Below, piece after piece: positions 1 through 13,608 of a stretch of DNA of 64,000 bases; positions within the stretch are counted from its first letter, which is position 1, and every line of letters begins with the position of its first letter. The translations under genes and the position numbers were made by a program. The stretch comes from Styela clava (taxonomy: Eukaryota). Below the pieces are notes generated by a model that did not search any database, was not told the DNA's origin, and worked only from the letters and a program-made list of their open reading frames with translations. The DNA is taken from NCBI RefSeq assembly GCF_964204865.1, contig NC_135263.1:10292001-10356000 (forward strand), in the 5' to 3' direction.

Positions 1-1178
1 CTGATAAAATCAAACTACAATGTTACTTTCTGAGTTCACTGTAAGATTAGTTCAATTTAGTTAATCCGAAAATTTTGCGAATTTTCTTGAAAAACGAATA
101 TTCAGCTTGTACTAAAAACGATACAAACGGTTTATCGAAGAGCTATATTATACCACTGCTAAGTCCTCACGTCTCATAAAGCTAACCAAACTTGATTTTT
201 AGTGTTTCTATCATTTCGTTTCCAAATATTTTCTCAAGTGCGTCGCATGTGAGGAGAGTTACAAAGGCGTCTTATTACAAAGATTTAAGAACCACTGCTT
301 TACGACATCTAAATCACTATGCTTTTTATTTTCCAGGATTGTTGTATATATAACCTATTTCAGCATTACTACCGTTTCATTCTCATGTCAATGGCATTTC
401 CATATTTTTCTGGCCTTTGCATATAATAAATGACATTTTCAGTTGAATCGTTTTTTTTTAACAAACTGACAGCTTAACATTAATTTTTTAATTTAATTTC
501 TTTCTTAACCACATGCACCGGCAACTTTATAACTTATTATATTGCAAAATGTGAAGGCCTACCGCTGAATGATTGAATGATGTTCATATCATGGAATGAT
601 GTTTATATCATTATTATATCTACTTTGCCCTAGTTGTAAGTCATTTTTTATATTTCGATCAATAGCCGTTATATAGTTTCTGTAATCGTAATCACACTAA
701 TCCAATGCGTCAACGAGTATGGTCTCATTCTATAAACATGTAATGTGAGTAATGATAGTTTGCACCAAACTTTAATTTGATTAGTTTGTTGACAAAATAA
801 CCAAAGAAAACCAAATATAAAAATAAACGAATAACCAAAAGAGATTTTCAATGTCCTCGTTGGCAGCGACACATTTTGCATGTTATCACAATCAGCTGTT
901 GTGGGGCTTTATCTTATGGCATCATGGACTGCAACCTATTGTGTGTATTCATGCACCACGAGAGGCTGACATTGTACGCTTTGAACAAATAACATGTAGA
1001 GACTTACTTGTCACTAGAGACTAAATGATGCTAATATCACAATATTTTATACCATATATTTTACACTTATTGTAAGTAACTTCATCAAAAGCCGTTTTGG
1101 AGTTTCTGAGAGTTATTTTGAAACCCCTGACTCTAACACACTTATAATATCATGATATGTATATATATATATATATCT

Positions 1179-1357
1179 AATTGGCTGTACTGTACATGCA
1201 TATGAATTGGCAGTATTTGTACATCACCAAAATGGCTGTATTTGAATATTAATTGGCTGTATATTGATATGACTTTGGCTATATATGGATATTTAGTTGG
1301 CGCTATATGTATATTTGGTTGGCGCTATATGTATATTTTTGGCTGTATATATACATC
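1179..1357. repeat. Degenerate minisatellite, about 8 units of 20-26 bp, next to a (TA)n run
   Basis: The core TTGGC(TG/GC)TATAT..ATAT recurs (attggctgtac, attggcagtat, atggctgtat, attggctgtat, tttggctatat, gttggcgctatat x2, tttggctgtatat). A (TA)n run lies at about 1160-1176. Confidence 0.7.
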
Positions 1358-1529
1358 ACGTTACCAACCCCACTCAGTTTACTTACTTTAAATTTAATGA
1401 ACAACGAGAGTTTACCGTTCTAATCAGACTATTATTAGGTTGCATGGGTGGCGTTCCTTTATAGAAGATTTATATATATAAAGCCTTCAGTTATTTCAAA
1501 GTTAATTCCCGAGAATTACCGTTGTATTT

Positions 1530-2410
1530 TGCGCCCCTCGTGGGCCAGATCCGGCCCACGAGGTAAAATAATCCGGCCTGCGAGCTGCGACGCTTCACTG
1601 AATTATAGCGACAAAACAGCGGGTTTTGACGATGAATTTATTTTATAATCCACGCTCGAGGAGTTGATTATATTCTTTACCTAACCAAATTTATTGTGAG
1701 ACATGTAGATTAAATTATATTATAACCTAACAATTCAGTGAACAGCTAGCTACTCGTTTAACGAGCCTACAATTTAATTATAATTAGACAAATGGCAATA
1801 CGCAGGAAAGTTGATGCTGAGTGCAGATGGTTCAATGGCGCACAAAATATTCGAATAGAGCTTCTTGAGATGCAATGCATTGAGGAAATAAAATCCCTAT
1901 TCTATTCGAGAGATGTATTACTGCTTGAATCAAAAAAAAAATATCTTCTTGAACGAAATCTCATACAAATGTGACAAACTATGCAAAAAATTCACCTCAA
2001 TATTTTGAAGTACATATGCGTGCGAACAATAATTTTCGAAAATGAACATTATAAAGAACAATCCGCGAACTCGGATTAGGGATGCCTATTAGTGATGCCT
2101 AGAAAATGTTCCAATCTTGGCTTTATCCAGTGTGTCACCTGATGTCGAAAAGCTATCAAGCGTGATGCAACAACATGTGTCACATTAAATTTCATTTGTA
2201 AATTTTTTCCTTCTAGTAGAACGACTAACTTGAGTTCACGAGTGGTCGCAGTCTTCGCGCGATGTTTAAATCTAAAATTTCAACTACTGATCTGTGTGAA
2301 GAAATTGTGATTCATTAGCAATCCGTTCGATTTCTAACTTTCAAAAATATGTGTGGTAACTTGCAACCCTTACCTTTGGCCCGTGAGCGACAAAAGGTTG
2401 CCGATCCCTG
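1530..2410. mobile_element. Degenerate hAT-type non-autonomous element (boundaries approximate)
   Basis: GGGCC..GGCCC-type subterminal palindromes at about 1540-1580 (gtgggccagatccggcccacg) and a hAT-like terminus ggcccgtgagcgacaaaaggttgccgatccctg ending at 2410. The left TIR is not recognisable. Confidence 0.35.
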
Positions 2411-3403
2411 GTTTATATAGAACCGTGATACTGCTACAGAATATGAAATGCAATAATTTTAGCGTTGAAGTCTCACAGCTTAATCGTGATGACGTTATTG
2501 TACTAGGCACCTAAAACTGAAACCATTGTTGAATGTTGGGCCTAACTTCATATTTTGTTTCAAGATCTAAATTTCACTCTGGGGTGCGTATAATATATAA
2601 TACATAACTCGTTTAAATTAACAAATATTGCTTGATCATGAATGAAGTTGATTGGAAGAAAAAAAGCAAAAAATCGCAACATTGGTGAAAGTGGAGTGAT
2701 TTCTCGATAACGTTCTCTCATTGAGCATCAGATCGTAGTGTTACTACTCCTACTGGGGCTTTTATGTTTTTTTTATACAAATATCAGTATATAAAATGCT
2801 ATTTCAGCATACCACTGAATAGTACTGAGGGTGCCGAAATTCCACAACTATATAGCCTACCTGGCAGCTACAGCTGTACTGACAGTTACAAAACACATTA
2901 GTAATGATAACGGTGTTTTTGCTTCTTATGGCTAATTTATGGGCTCATATTTGCTCTATTCTTCCTTCAATATTCAGCTACTGGTTCGCCGGTACAAGTT
3001 TTATCTCACTTAGGGTATTGTTGTAATATTAGTTTGCTTTTGCCATATTGGAAATTCATATATCATAATCTGCATTTAGGCCATACCTAACGACAAATAC
3101 TACAAAAGATTATAATCCAATTTGTTTCGCAATAGCCTGATACTTTTTCCATTGTCCCGAAATCTTCTTGTATTGGCTGACAAAAAAAAAGTTTTCTCTT
3201 TTGCTATCATTGTTATAATATACGAAAATTGTTGTACTGAATGTAATTCAAAAACAGGAACGCCAATTGTGGCTACAGGAAAAGATAGAAATATCCTTTT
3301 ACTAGTTTTTTCCAGATTAGTGCAATATCTTTGAAATAATGCGTTACACAAACGGATGAGAAAAAATTACATTGACATAAAAATTAAGTTATCTTGTAAA
3401 AAC

Positions 3404-6301
3404 TTAGTTTTTCTTTATAAATTTCATCTCTGTAAATTTAAGCGATATAAAGTAGCTACTTTTCCATTGGTACCAAAATGTTCCATGATAGTTTCCCGAA
3501 TAGGACTCCTGCTTATAGTAAATCCCATTCAGATTCGAGTAAGAGCATTGATTGTACCACCAAGCTCCTTGGTTATATTGAGATGCACAATTTTGAGACC
3601 ACGGGTCATGATCAGCATCCTTTGTTGTGAACTGCTGATTGTTGTGCCAAGTTAAAGAATCTCCAGCATTTCCTGAATAACCACTGATAGTAAGTCTGTA
3701 GTTGTCAGAAGCAGGTGCTATACCAAACGTGCTAAAAAAATTATAATTAAACTAGGTGTAGTTTCACGCGGAGACTTGATAAATAGCGTATAGCCTCGAT
3801 TAGGAGATAGTGAGGATTATTTATTTAACGGCGATTTTAACCTTAGAAATTATAAAAAAAAATTCTGTTATTAACAGGCGATGAGAATCTCCAAATATTT
3901 GCATTTTGTGGGTGGGTCAAAAATGTAACAACAAATTCCCAAATTTGTTTGACATGCTACTGGACAACTAGAGTATTGATATTGTCAAAACAATGTATTG
4001 CATCCGTTGTTGATTACTGTCTTTTCAAGAGCATTTCTTCAGATAAATGATTTATTTTGTAAACCACCAGCAATACAACAGCATTTTTCACTTCAGAAAA
4101 AAAAAACATTTAGTGAAATAAAAGGGATTTGTTGAAAGTTGGATATACAGTACATTGGTTCAATACAATTAAACTTGCTGAATTGGTCACCAGCACACAT
4201 AAGGTATAATTGTTGTGGTAGCAAACGTTAAATTTGGAATTCTAATGATCCACCTCGTGTTATTCGAGTATATGTTCAAAGTCACTACATTGAAGCGTTA
4301 TTGACACTATTATCTCGGTAAGTCTTAATTCTTGATCGGAATTAAAGCTTTTTTAATAATCCTATGCAAACTCACAGTCCATCCTTCGCCATCCGCTGTG
4401 AGATCGCAGTAGACTTCTATTTGCTTATTTTTATTTGGAGATATATCAAATACGCCTCCAGTAATTTTCCAAATCTTGGAATTTTTTCTGTCAACATCTT
4501 GGCAGCTCTTAGGATCTGTGAAACAATTTATATCACAACTGTGTAGTCAACTTCAACAATATTATTGCAATATTGTTTATTAAAAAGCAAACACCTCAAA
4601 TGATATAATTCCACGTATCGAGGGTTGACACTTTCGAATACAAAATTTGCAGCACTTACTAAATTTATCGCAATAAACGTAAGTACTCTCAGCAATTGAG
4701 TCTGGCTTGATTAGATAATATCCTGGTATAGGTGACTCTATTTGTTCGCCAATTTCCAAGCATTTGGATACAGCTGTAATGAAACTTTGTAGAATTACTG
4801 CATGGAAGAGGCTAAGTTAAAGCTTAAGAGGGTAAACACAGAAATCAAAACAAAAAGCGTTCCTATACAGTAAACAAGTTTATTTCAACGAAAAAAGTCA
4901 TCAAAAGATCTTTCGCTTCAGATTAAAAAGATTGCTTATTATAATTATTAATAAAGTGATCAAATAATTGAAAATGTTTATCATCACTGGAAGCTATTGT
5001 ATCATGATGACTTTGGAATCATGCCTAGGACAAAATTTACTTTAGGTGTTGTGATGGTTCCCAGTATTGTATTTGTGTGAATATGCGGCGGTGCCTCTGA
5101 AATGGTTTGGCCATGCTACTATGAATCTGTAATGTGAACCAAAAATTTGAAGTTTCTTGAGATTTTTCAGGAAGAAACTAAAAACCAACGTTAAAAGTAT
5201 AGGTGTAATCAAACCTCGAAATTCAAAATCGCAGTATGTATATTCTGGTGTTGCAGAGTCGTTTACTCTAAGCAAGTAATATCCGGAAGATGAAACCTCA
5301 TGAAGATCCATCAAGTCTTTGCAGCTTGTTGCACCTAATCGACAACACGATCCGGTTATCAGCACAGTTTATTTTTTATCCTTTTGAATTCACACAATAT
5401 ATATGGATCGTTCAAAATGAAAAAAATGAATTAGATTTCAGTGTAAAAATGCGAAACTAAATAATTGGTAAGTGAACAACTTGAACACCGTGATATGTTA
5501 GCGGTATCTTAGACGTAGGGAAACATTACGAAAAATTTAATAGGTGACGCTGCTTGCTAGTTTGTCTGCTGCTCACTGGTTTATTGCGTCTCTCATCACA
5601 CTGGAATGCATTTTCATTTTTAAAATTTTTCTCAATCATGTTTTTACAATGTGTACTTTCGGCATGTGAGAATATAAATTACAGACTGACTAATATGTAT
5701 CTGGGATCAAAGGCAAATTCATAGAGCGATAATCGCTTACCCAAAATTCCGAGAATTTTTGTGGTTATTTCTGTTACATTTACACTCGTTCCTTTGACAC
5801 CTTTCAACCCTTGATCGCCCTAGAAAAACATTTGACAGGCTCATTGTTCAGCTTAATTTTAATTTTTTGAGTTTATACTACATACTACGTATACATTGCT
5901 GAATGGACTTGATCAAGTAGTTACTAATTTAAAGAGAAAATATATTTCAGTTAGTCGCGTATAATCAATTATATATCATGAATTAAGTAACGCACAGTTT
6001 CCGTATTGCTATAAATTTTGTTTGCACTGGTTATAACTAGAATAGCTTACTTTTTCTCCTCGTGGTCCAACCGGTCCAGTTAGTCCTATTTGCCCTCGTT
6101 TTCCAGGACTTCCGGGTGGTCCACGAACTGGATCGACAGAACTATCTGCATCACCGGCGAAATTCAAATTTACCACGTTACACGTTTCACCTTTTGTAGA
6201 GGGAATTTGAAAACTTTTGGATATTTGTGCATATCCTTGGTTTCCAATAGCAATGGAAACGATTGCAAAAACGTTGGAAAAATATACGTAGATCGAAACA
6301 T
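3404..6301 (-). pseudogene. Ficolin-like gene (signal peptide + collagen + fibrinogen-related domain), apparently disrupted or mis-assembled
   Basis: Minus-strand exons with GT-AG junctions: about 6301-6051 (hydrophobic leader, GPPGSPGKRGQIGLTGPVGPRGEK); 5819-5741 (GDQGLKGVKGTS...); 5334-5215 (GATSCKDL..SGYYLL..YTYCDF); 4773-4660 (SKCLEI..PGYYLIKP..YVYCDK); 4515-4376 (PKSCQDV..GVFDISP..EVYCDLTADGEGWT); 3731-3404 (TFGIAPASDNYRLTISGYSGNAGDSLTWHNNQQFTTKDADHD..NCA..GAWWYNQCSYSNLNGIY..SLKFTEMKF, TAA). Exons 1-5 splice in phase. The central VxQRR..GFG..EFWLG exon(s) are absent and the nearest ATG (6301) is out of frame. Confidence 0.8.
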
Positions 6302-7618
6302 TCTTCAATCAGAAATGTACTCTTTACTTTATTGGTTAGGCAATACGTGAACTAACTGTGGATTCTCTATGAAAATAATTTGGAACGCGGTTACATTATA
6401 TTTCATATTATCAAGGGTTTATAAATGTGACTCAACATGTTTTTGCCTTCCCTGGATCATATTTACTTATTTTTCCCAAGGATTCGTAGTTTGAGGTTAC
6501 TCTTTAATAAGTACAATATTTTTGAGGATTATGCCCACTTACTAAACTACTGCTGATTGCAAAATTCGTACATCATATTCAGGTCTATCGGATTCTAGAA
6601 CTGAAAATGAGCCATGACTACGTTTAACACATACTCCTCCTTTTTGTCATCTACTACAACAAAAATGATATTGACAGTGTAATATTTCTAAGTAAGCTTA
6701 ACTTTAAACAGATACCAGCTTCGGCTAAAGGTAAGATTTGTCCAGATTTCTATAGCCTATTTGTATATATAAAATATTTTACTGGTCCAGGATATATCAT
6801 CTTTGTTAACTGGACAGCTCTTATTCTCAATCTAGCTTGTCGTAATTGATAGGTTGTTGACAATAAAATGAAGGACCAATCCTAGGGCAAGGTTCTTTAT
6901 ATGTAATATTAAATATGAAATTGAAAGAAAATTAGGATTAATACAGACTGCATTCATTACCTCATTTTGTTGACGGATTCCAGAGATGTTGACTTGACTG
7001 GAACATGTGTCAAAATGTTTTCGACATTGGTTCGTGATTAAGTGTTTTAAGAAAGTCGATATTCATTCGATAAACATGGTAGTTGAACAACATTTAAACT
7101 ATGTCCTGTTCCATTTTGCCTAATATAACATGATAGATATTTGGTGTTAGTTTTTGATTACATTCTGTCAAAGAATTTGATAACATGACTTACGCAATGT
7201 AATTTCGATGAAACTTGCGGAATGAAAGCGCGCTGTTTTGCACATTGCAAATATATATATATAACACGAACTGCTGCAAACATGATAGCCTATCTTGCTA
7301 AGTAACAAGTTTAAAAGATGTTCATTTGTGTGCAGGGCATGGGCCCACATCTTCCAGTTTGATTCTAAGTAAATCACTAACATATATATATATAATACGC
7401 CTAATAGTAGAGATTTGGAGTCAAGGCCATTACAAAAACAACGCGAAACTGCCACAAAATGCGCAGTTTTTAATTTCGATGACGTCATCACAAAAGCAAA
7501 ATTCCTATAGAGCCCCAAAAAATTTTCAAACCAAATAAAAGTAGCCTATTAGCCTTTTATCGACAACAACAATCTTCGACTATGGAAAATTTTAAAACAA
7601 TTGGTCCGGTATAGGAAG

Positions 7619-7981
7619 CAGTGGTTCTCAAACTTTTTTTGCTCGCGGCGCACTGAGCAGTTGAAAAGTTTTTGCGGCACACTCGTAAAAAAAATAAAAT
7701 TAGCTTTGAATAAATTTATACTGCAAATGTTAATGCGATGTGTGTGCCTGTTTTGACTAACAATTGAAACGTGGTTCCGTCGCTCCATTTTTCCGCTTTC
7801 AATTTCAGTCATAGCAGAAAATCCATGTTCACAGAGCCATGAAGATGCAAATGGCCAGATTATTTTGATGGCTTATGTATCTGCATGCATAAATATGTGT
7901 AATACAAATACAGTAGCTTATTTTATAATTATTCAGAAAGCTTTGCGAGATGTGCCATGGCACACAGTTTGAAAAACGCTT
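7619..7981. mobile_element. hAT (Charlie/Buster-type) MITE
   Basis: Left end cagtggttctcaaact and degenerate right end cagtttgaaaaacgct, with gcggcgcac/gcggcacac subterminal motifs. The TSD is degraded. Confidence 0.6.
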
Positions 7982-10194
7982 ATTTAAAGAGAACGGCGAT
8001 TTCACACAAACAACAAGAAAGAGAAGAATATAAACAACAACAATATAATACCACAACAATCTATAGGTCCACTTCGAGTCCAGTAAATTATCTGTACTAG
8101 ATAATTCTGCCCGCAGAATAAAAAAAAAACGAATTCCATAACAGTTTCTATTTTGTCCATTACGGGTATTTCAGAAGTTGTTGTGAACAAATAGTTATTG
8201 TAAGCTTTCTTGGTAGAGCTTATTTTTTAATAAAACTTTATAAAAACGAATTAACCATAATGAATACGAATATCTGCAAGCAGTGCAACTTGGGCCTATT
8301 TATAAGTGTTCGATTGAACCCACAACCGCCGCACAATGGCGCTCGCGTGCCTCTGATGTTGGTTATTAGCAGGTAAATTACCGCTCTACAAAATTTGGTA
8401 TAGGCAGTATTGAGAGAATGAGGGAGATAGAGATATTTTTGATGAGTTTTGAGGGCTCGCAACTGTGACGTGTCATCAAATGTGCACTTACGTTCAGATA
8501 CATAACGGATAGCCAAAACACACCTCATAAATCATTCTCTAAATTGTGAGCGTGAGTTGCTTTTAAAATTATCCATTTTTAATTTATATGCGGTCAGCGA
8601 GAGATCGTTTGCCTCACATATCAACTTAGTACAACTATCCCGATCGATAACGCCATAATTAATGCGCTTGATTTACATATAATCATTTTAAAACAAACGA
8701 GTTTCTTCCATGAAAATATTTATTATTGATAAACAGAAATTGTATAATATTCGACAAGAGTAACCATTGATAGCTTGGAGGTATACCTTTTCTGAAATCT
8801 GCTTCTGTTTTTGTTTAAAACTTATTATTATGTTATCTGTCTTGACTTCCTACCCATTGAACCTGTAACTCTCCCTTACTGACCTTTCTACTGAGACTAG
8901 TCACGTAGGGTGGTCCAAGGTTGTCGACCTCGCGGGGCACAATAGTGCCTAGAATGGGTAAACAGTGCAATACAAAACAAGCACTTCAAATGTACAAACA
9001 CATTGATCATTATTTGTCATTCATCAAGCTGAAACGTGCAAAAACCACCAAAAAAACTCACTAAATCGTGCAAAAATCTCACTATATATACACTTAGTGT
9101 AAGAGTTCAAACTTTTCATAACGAAAAAAATTTAGATTGTCACCGACACAACTTGCAGACATATTAAGCGGGCATTATGGTATGGTATCCCATATCCAGT
9201 CAAAAAATCTGTTTGAATTGGTCAGCTTTCTTTTTAAACTCATGTTTACAAAATAACTTGCTAATAACTGCAGATTGATTGATTACCGAATTTTACCAAA
9301 TTTGGGGGATACAGGAGGATAATTACTAAATTTTTGTAATACTGTTTAGGGCTTTAGGCTGGTTGCAAAAAAGATCCGGCAGAAATTATATTCACTTAAC
9401 ATGCATAGCAAACCTAGGCTAATAGATTCTTTATTAGATTTTTAGTTTTCTATGAAGCCTATTTTATTAGCATGTATTCCCGACCAAAAAATTGGAAAGC
9501 CAGATAACAGTTTAGACTACCCAAGTACAACTTCGCTGGCTGTATTTATTTTGTTGGCTAGCTGTACACATAGTGCGTAGGCCTACTAGTAAATGGCAAA
9601 AAGTAATTGGATATCACAAGTGGACGTTAATAAATGGCATATACACAGCATAAAACATTAAGTCAGCTCAAAATGTTTCTAGATTTTAGCTCACAAGGGT
9701 TATATATACATTTCAGATATTAATATCATTTTTTATCATCTGTCAGAGCAACCTATACAATTTAATATTTATATTTTACTGAACAATTTATATTTCATTC
9801 CACTATGCAAAGTTTTCAAATGTTACAGCGTGAAGACGTATTTGAAGATTTTTGTCTGTAAGTCAAGTTCTTATTTTGATTTTAGAACCTGTAAAGTCCG
9901 TTTTAGTCTCCTGTGGCGAGTTTTTGTAAAATTAAAGTACTAATCTTACTCAAATCGGAATACACGTTGAAGACACGGAATTGATGCAAAAAACAGTTAT
10001 TTGTGTATTTTGTCAAATTCAATCGCCCTTGTATAGTAGTATTATCTGTCAGGGTGGATTTACTGAAAAAAAAATTGTTTAACAACCAAATTATACAAAT
10101 CGTGGTTTATTTATCCGAATTTGAGAAATTTGTCGTGAATCGGTTCCATCTTCTTGTGTATCTTCATATCTTCTCACTTTTTATTTTGGATTAT

Positions 10195-11874
10195 TCAAAT
10201 TGACATCAAGTATGACTTTACCATCCTGAAGATTCCGATACATCCAGAAATAAGGCATATCCAGGCAGATATCCAGCCAAAGACATAACTGTAACCCCAA
10301 CTGACTCGAGTCGGTTGCACGTAATCACTATATAGACCAGTGTAACTTGACATTCCAGTGATCATAAACAAACCTATATAAAAAAAATAGAAAAAAGATA
10401 AATGTCAAAGCTGTAAAATTTTGAAAATAGAATTATTGGACACGAGGTGTACATATGGATCGTTTTGTTATTATGTTTTAGTTATTATTAGAATTCTTTT
10501 TCGCATTCATGTACTTGTTGTTATGAAAAAAATTCCAAGGCGGAAGCGCATGCGCATCGTTTAGGAAAACCAAGCTCAAGGTTCTCATTTCGGAATAAAT
10601 ACAATTAATATTGAAATTTCATTGCTGAAGATTTGTGGTTTATATAATACCAGACAAAAAAAGTTGCCTTCGTTTGATATAAGGGAAGTTATACACACTG
10701 GCCTCCCAAATCAGGGATCGTGACCTCGAACAAGGTCTGCGTGATAATTAGGTGGGGACACAAACAGGTAGTGGGGATGGTGGAGTCGCTCAGGCAATAT
10801 AAAGGATGGATGTGGAAAAACATCTTATATTTAACAAACCATGTAGAATTTATTTGTTTGTACCATTGCTTATCGTGGCATCACATTTTGATTTTTTGCA
10901 AAGAAATTGCTTGTTGATGATTTGCACATAAATTCAGTAAAAAAAAGTATTTTCAAAAGCGTCTCATCTACGAGTGACGACTGCCTATAATGACCAAATG
11001 GGGGAAACATAATAAGTTTTAAAATAAAACTTGTATCTTACCTGCAATGATTCCAAGAAACCCTCCCATTATTTTGAAATCCTTTCTATTTTCTTTTAAA
11101 TTTCTTAGGGAACAAACGATGGCTGCAATTAGGATGGCGCCACCAGTGCAAAGAAACGACAGAGCTAACTTATCTGCTGTCCATATGGTAACTGAAAATA
11201 TTATATACATATATAACCTTCTATTAATGCTCTTCTGGATCACAAAATAGGTTTATTTTATGAAATTACAAAATATAATTTTTGTTATAAGTTAATATGT
11301 GCTATAAGCTATATCCAAGATATTTTTGAATTGTTTTCACAATGGTTTTATTCGTAACTCGGCCGTTACGTTGAGCATGGTTGAATGCCGAGAAAACTTT
11401 TTGCGCGAAAAACTTTTCTGGCCACGTGTCTCACTTTATATGCCCAATCCAACAATTGCTTTGAGTTTTATATTTATGTAATCCAGAATATATCATAAAA
11501 TTCTATTTACTTACAAATATCATGGCCAAAATGAGCTCTTCGCACAAAATGTTTTCTCACTAAATCACTTCTACCTTTCAGCATTGAGCCATTCGCGCTT
11601 TCAATTTTAGCGTCTTATTTCATATTGTTAATACATGTTTCTATCTCTTGTAATTCGACTTAAAAAGAAATACACTTGCGATATACAGTTATTTATAAGT
11701 AGTACATTCGAAGTTTAATTTACCTTTCCCAGCGTGTCCATCATTAACACCATAAAACAATCCTCTTGCAAAAGCATCTTGAACATATATCCATCCTGGA
11801 GTTACCACTGCTAAAATATCGAAAACAAGACCAATGCATAGACCACTGAGACTTATTTTATGGAAGTTTCCCAT
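10195..11874 (-). CDS. PMP22/EMP/claudin-superfamily tetraspan membrane protein, paralogue A (159 aa)
   Basis: Exons 11874-11724, 11191-11042 and 10373-10195; both introns phase 1, GT-AG; total 480 nt. Four hydrophobic helices with TPGWIY..GLF after TM1, LGIIAGLFMITGMSSYT in TM3 and WGYSYVFGW before TM4, the family-typical GYS(F/Y)xxxW motif. Confidence 0.9.
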
Positions 11875-13608
11875 TGAAAGTTCTTATGTTCGGAAATAAA
11901 TCAAACAACAGACTGGAAAAGAGAAGTCAATATGATGACTTTATTTTGAATAAAAATGTGTGGAATTCCCAATAAAACAAATAGCCTCAATAAAAAACAA
12001 AGACAAAGAACGTAGATTTAAAGAATGAAAAGTCACCGAAAAATAAGATATTCAATAATTTTACAACCTTTCCAAATAAAGAAAACCTTCGTAAAAACAA
12101 CTCTGCTGATATTGCATGCCGTACAGCCGTACAGTTGACAGCCTTGCCTATGTTAAAACCCCGATCCTTTAGGTCTATATAAAGCTTAGAAAACCACCTA
12201 AAATTCAGGATAATATTGCTGATTGAATCGTTCACTGATATCTAAGTTTAGTATCTGATATTATCGCTACCATTCTAATCCAAATCTCACTGTATTGTTC
12301 TCTAGTTTAATAAACAAACATCTCGGTATAACTTTGGCTGATGTTTACACTTTAGTAGAATTCACTATTTCACAATTCACAACTCAGTTATTATTGCTCG
12401 CTATTTTTAGAGATTAATATCACCAAAGACCAAGAAAATTACACTTTACAGTTAGTTATATATTAACCAGTACGTGTGGATTTTTTGTTTCATTTGTATA
12501 AATTAATTCCGAAGATTATGCGCCTTGTATAAAGTATATATCAATATAGAACGATGTAGTACTCGTACTCAAATATTTGATGTTTCCTAATCAGACTGCC
12601 AGTCAGACCGAGATACTAATATCGAGTAAATACTTAAATACCCAAGTGAGTTTGTATCACAAAATTTATGTTGAACGACTTCTGCCAAATACTATCTTCA
12701 GAATTATCAAGGTGATAGTAGTATATGAAGTAGACTACGTTGCGAATTGAAACGGCATTCACAGTGCGCTAAATTGGCGCTCATACGCTGCTGAACTAGT
12801 TTGTAAAAGAATTTGTCCAACGCGTGAACACGCTTATTTGCTCAGTAATAAAGGTTTCTCACAGTTGAGTGAAGTCCCAACTATAATACCAGTCAACACG
12901 ATTGCCACGTAGTGTGGCCACACTGACAAACTTTAAATCTTTTACAAATCTCATCAACGCCAAAACCAGACGTGTGTTTGCTGAACTTGTTTAGCAAGTT
13001 CGGGGGTCGGAGTTGCCGGTACCAACAAGGACGCGGAAAGTCATGTCCATCAGCCCCAAAATTGTAGCAGACCAATGTAATAAAATACTTATTGAAAAAC
13101 ACGACTAGGACATCAAAAAGACAGACAGTGACATGCAAACAATTTCGCCTTAAACTGTCGTCAACTCGAATACCTTTGGATGCTTTCTGACATATTTGAA
13201 GTCAATATATCTGCACTAATATGCTACGTACCTCATATTTTAAGTATTTCTATTATTAAAGCAAATACAAAAATGATAACCAACAAATATATGTTTCACT
13301 GAGGTACCGCACACTTTTCTGATTCCTAGATTCTTTCAACGTTTACTCCAGGTCTAGGACTTGCAGGCGTATAAAACAAACGTGAAACTGAAAGTCCTTT
13401 GATCCTCGTGGGCATATACTTGAGCATTGATCTCTTTGTCAATGAATAAAACGTTACAAACGTTATATAAATGTACAAAAACATGTTAAAGGATATCAAG
13501 TTTAATATAAATTTGATGTTTCAAGTTGATTTCTTCTGTAAATCACAAATAAGGCTTTCAAAAAGTAGGCGGATAAAAATTCAATTTTTGCCTTGCTGTG
13601 TCTTTCAT

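Noticed and set aside
1179-1357. CRISPR-like repeat-spacer array
   Set aside because: The units are degenerate and contiguous with no unique spacers, there are no cas genes, and the context is eukaryotic.
12860-13200. Coding relic between tetraspans A and B (ORF 12893-13138)
   Set aside because: No similarity to the neighbouring genes or to any family I recognise, and no convincing splice sites.
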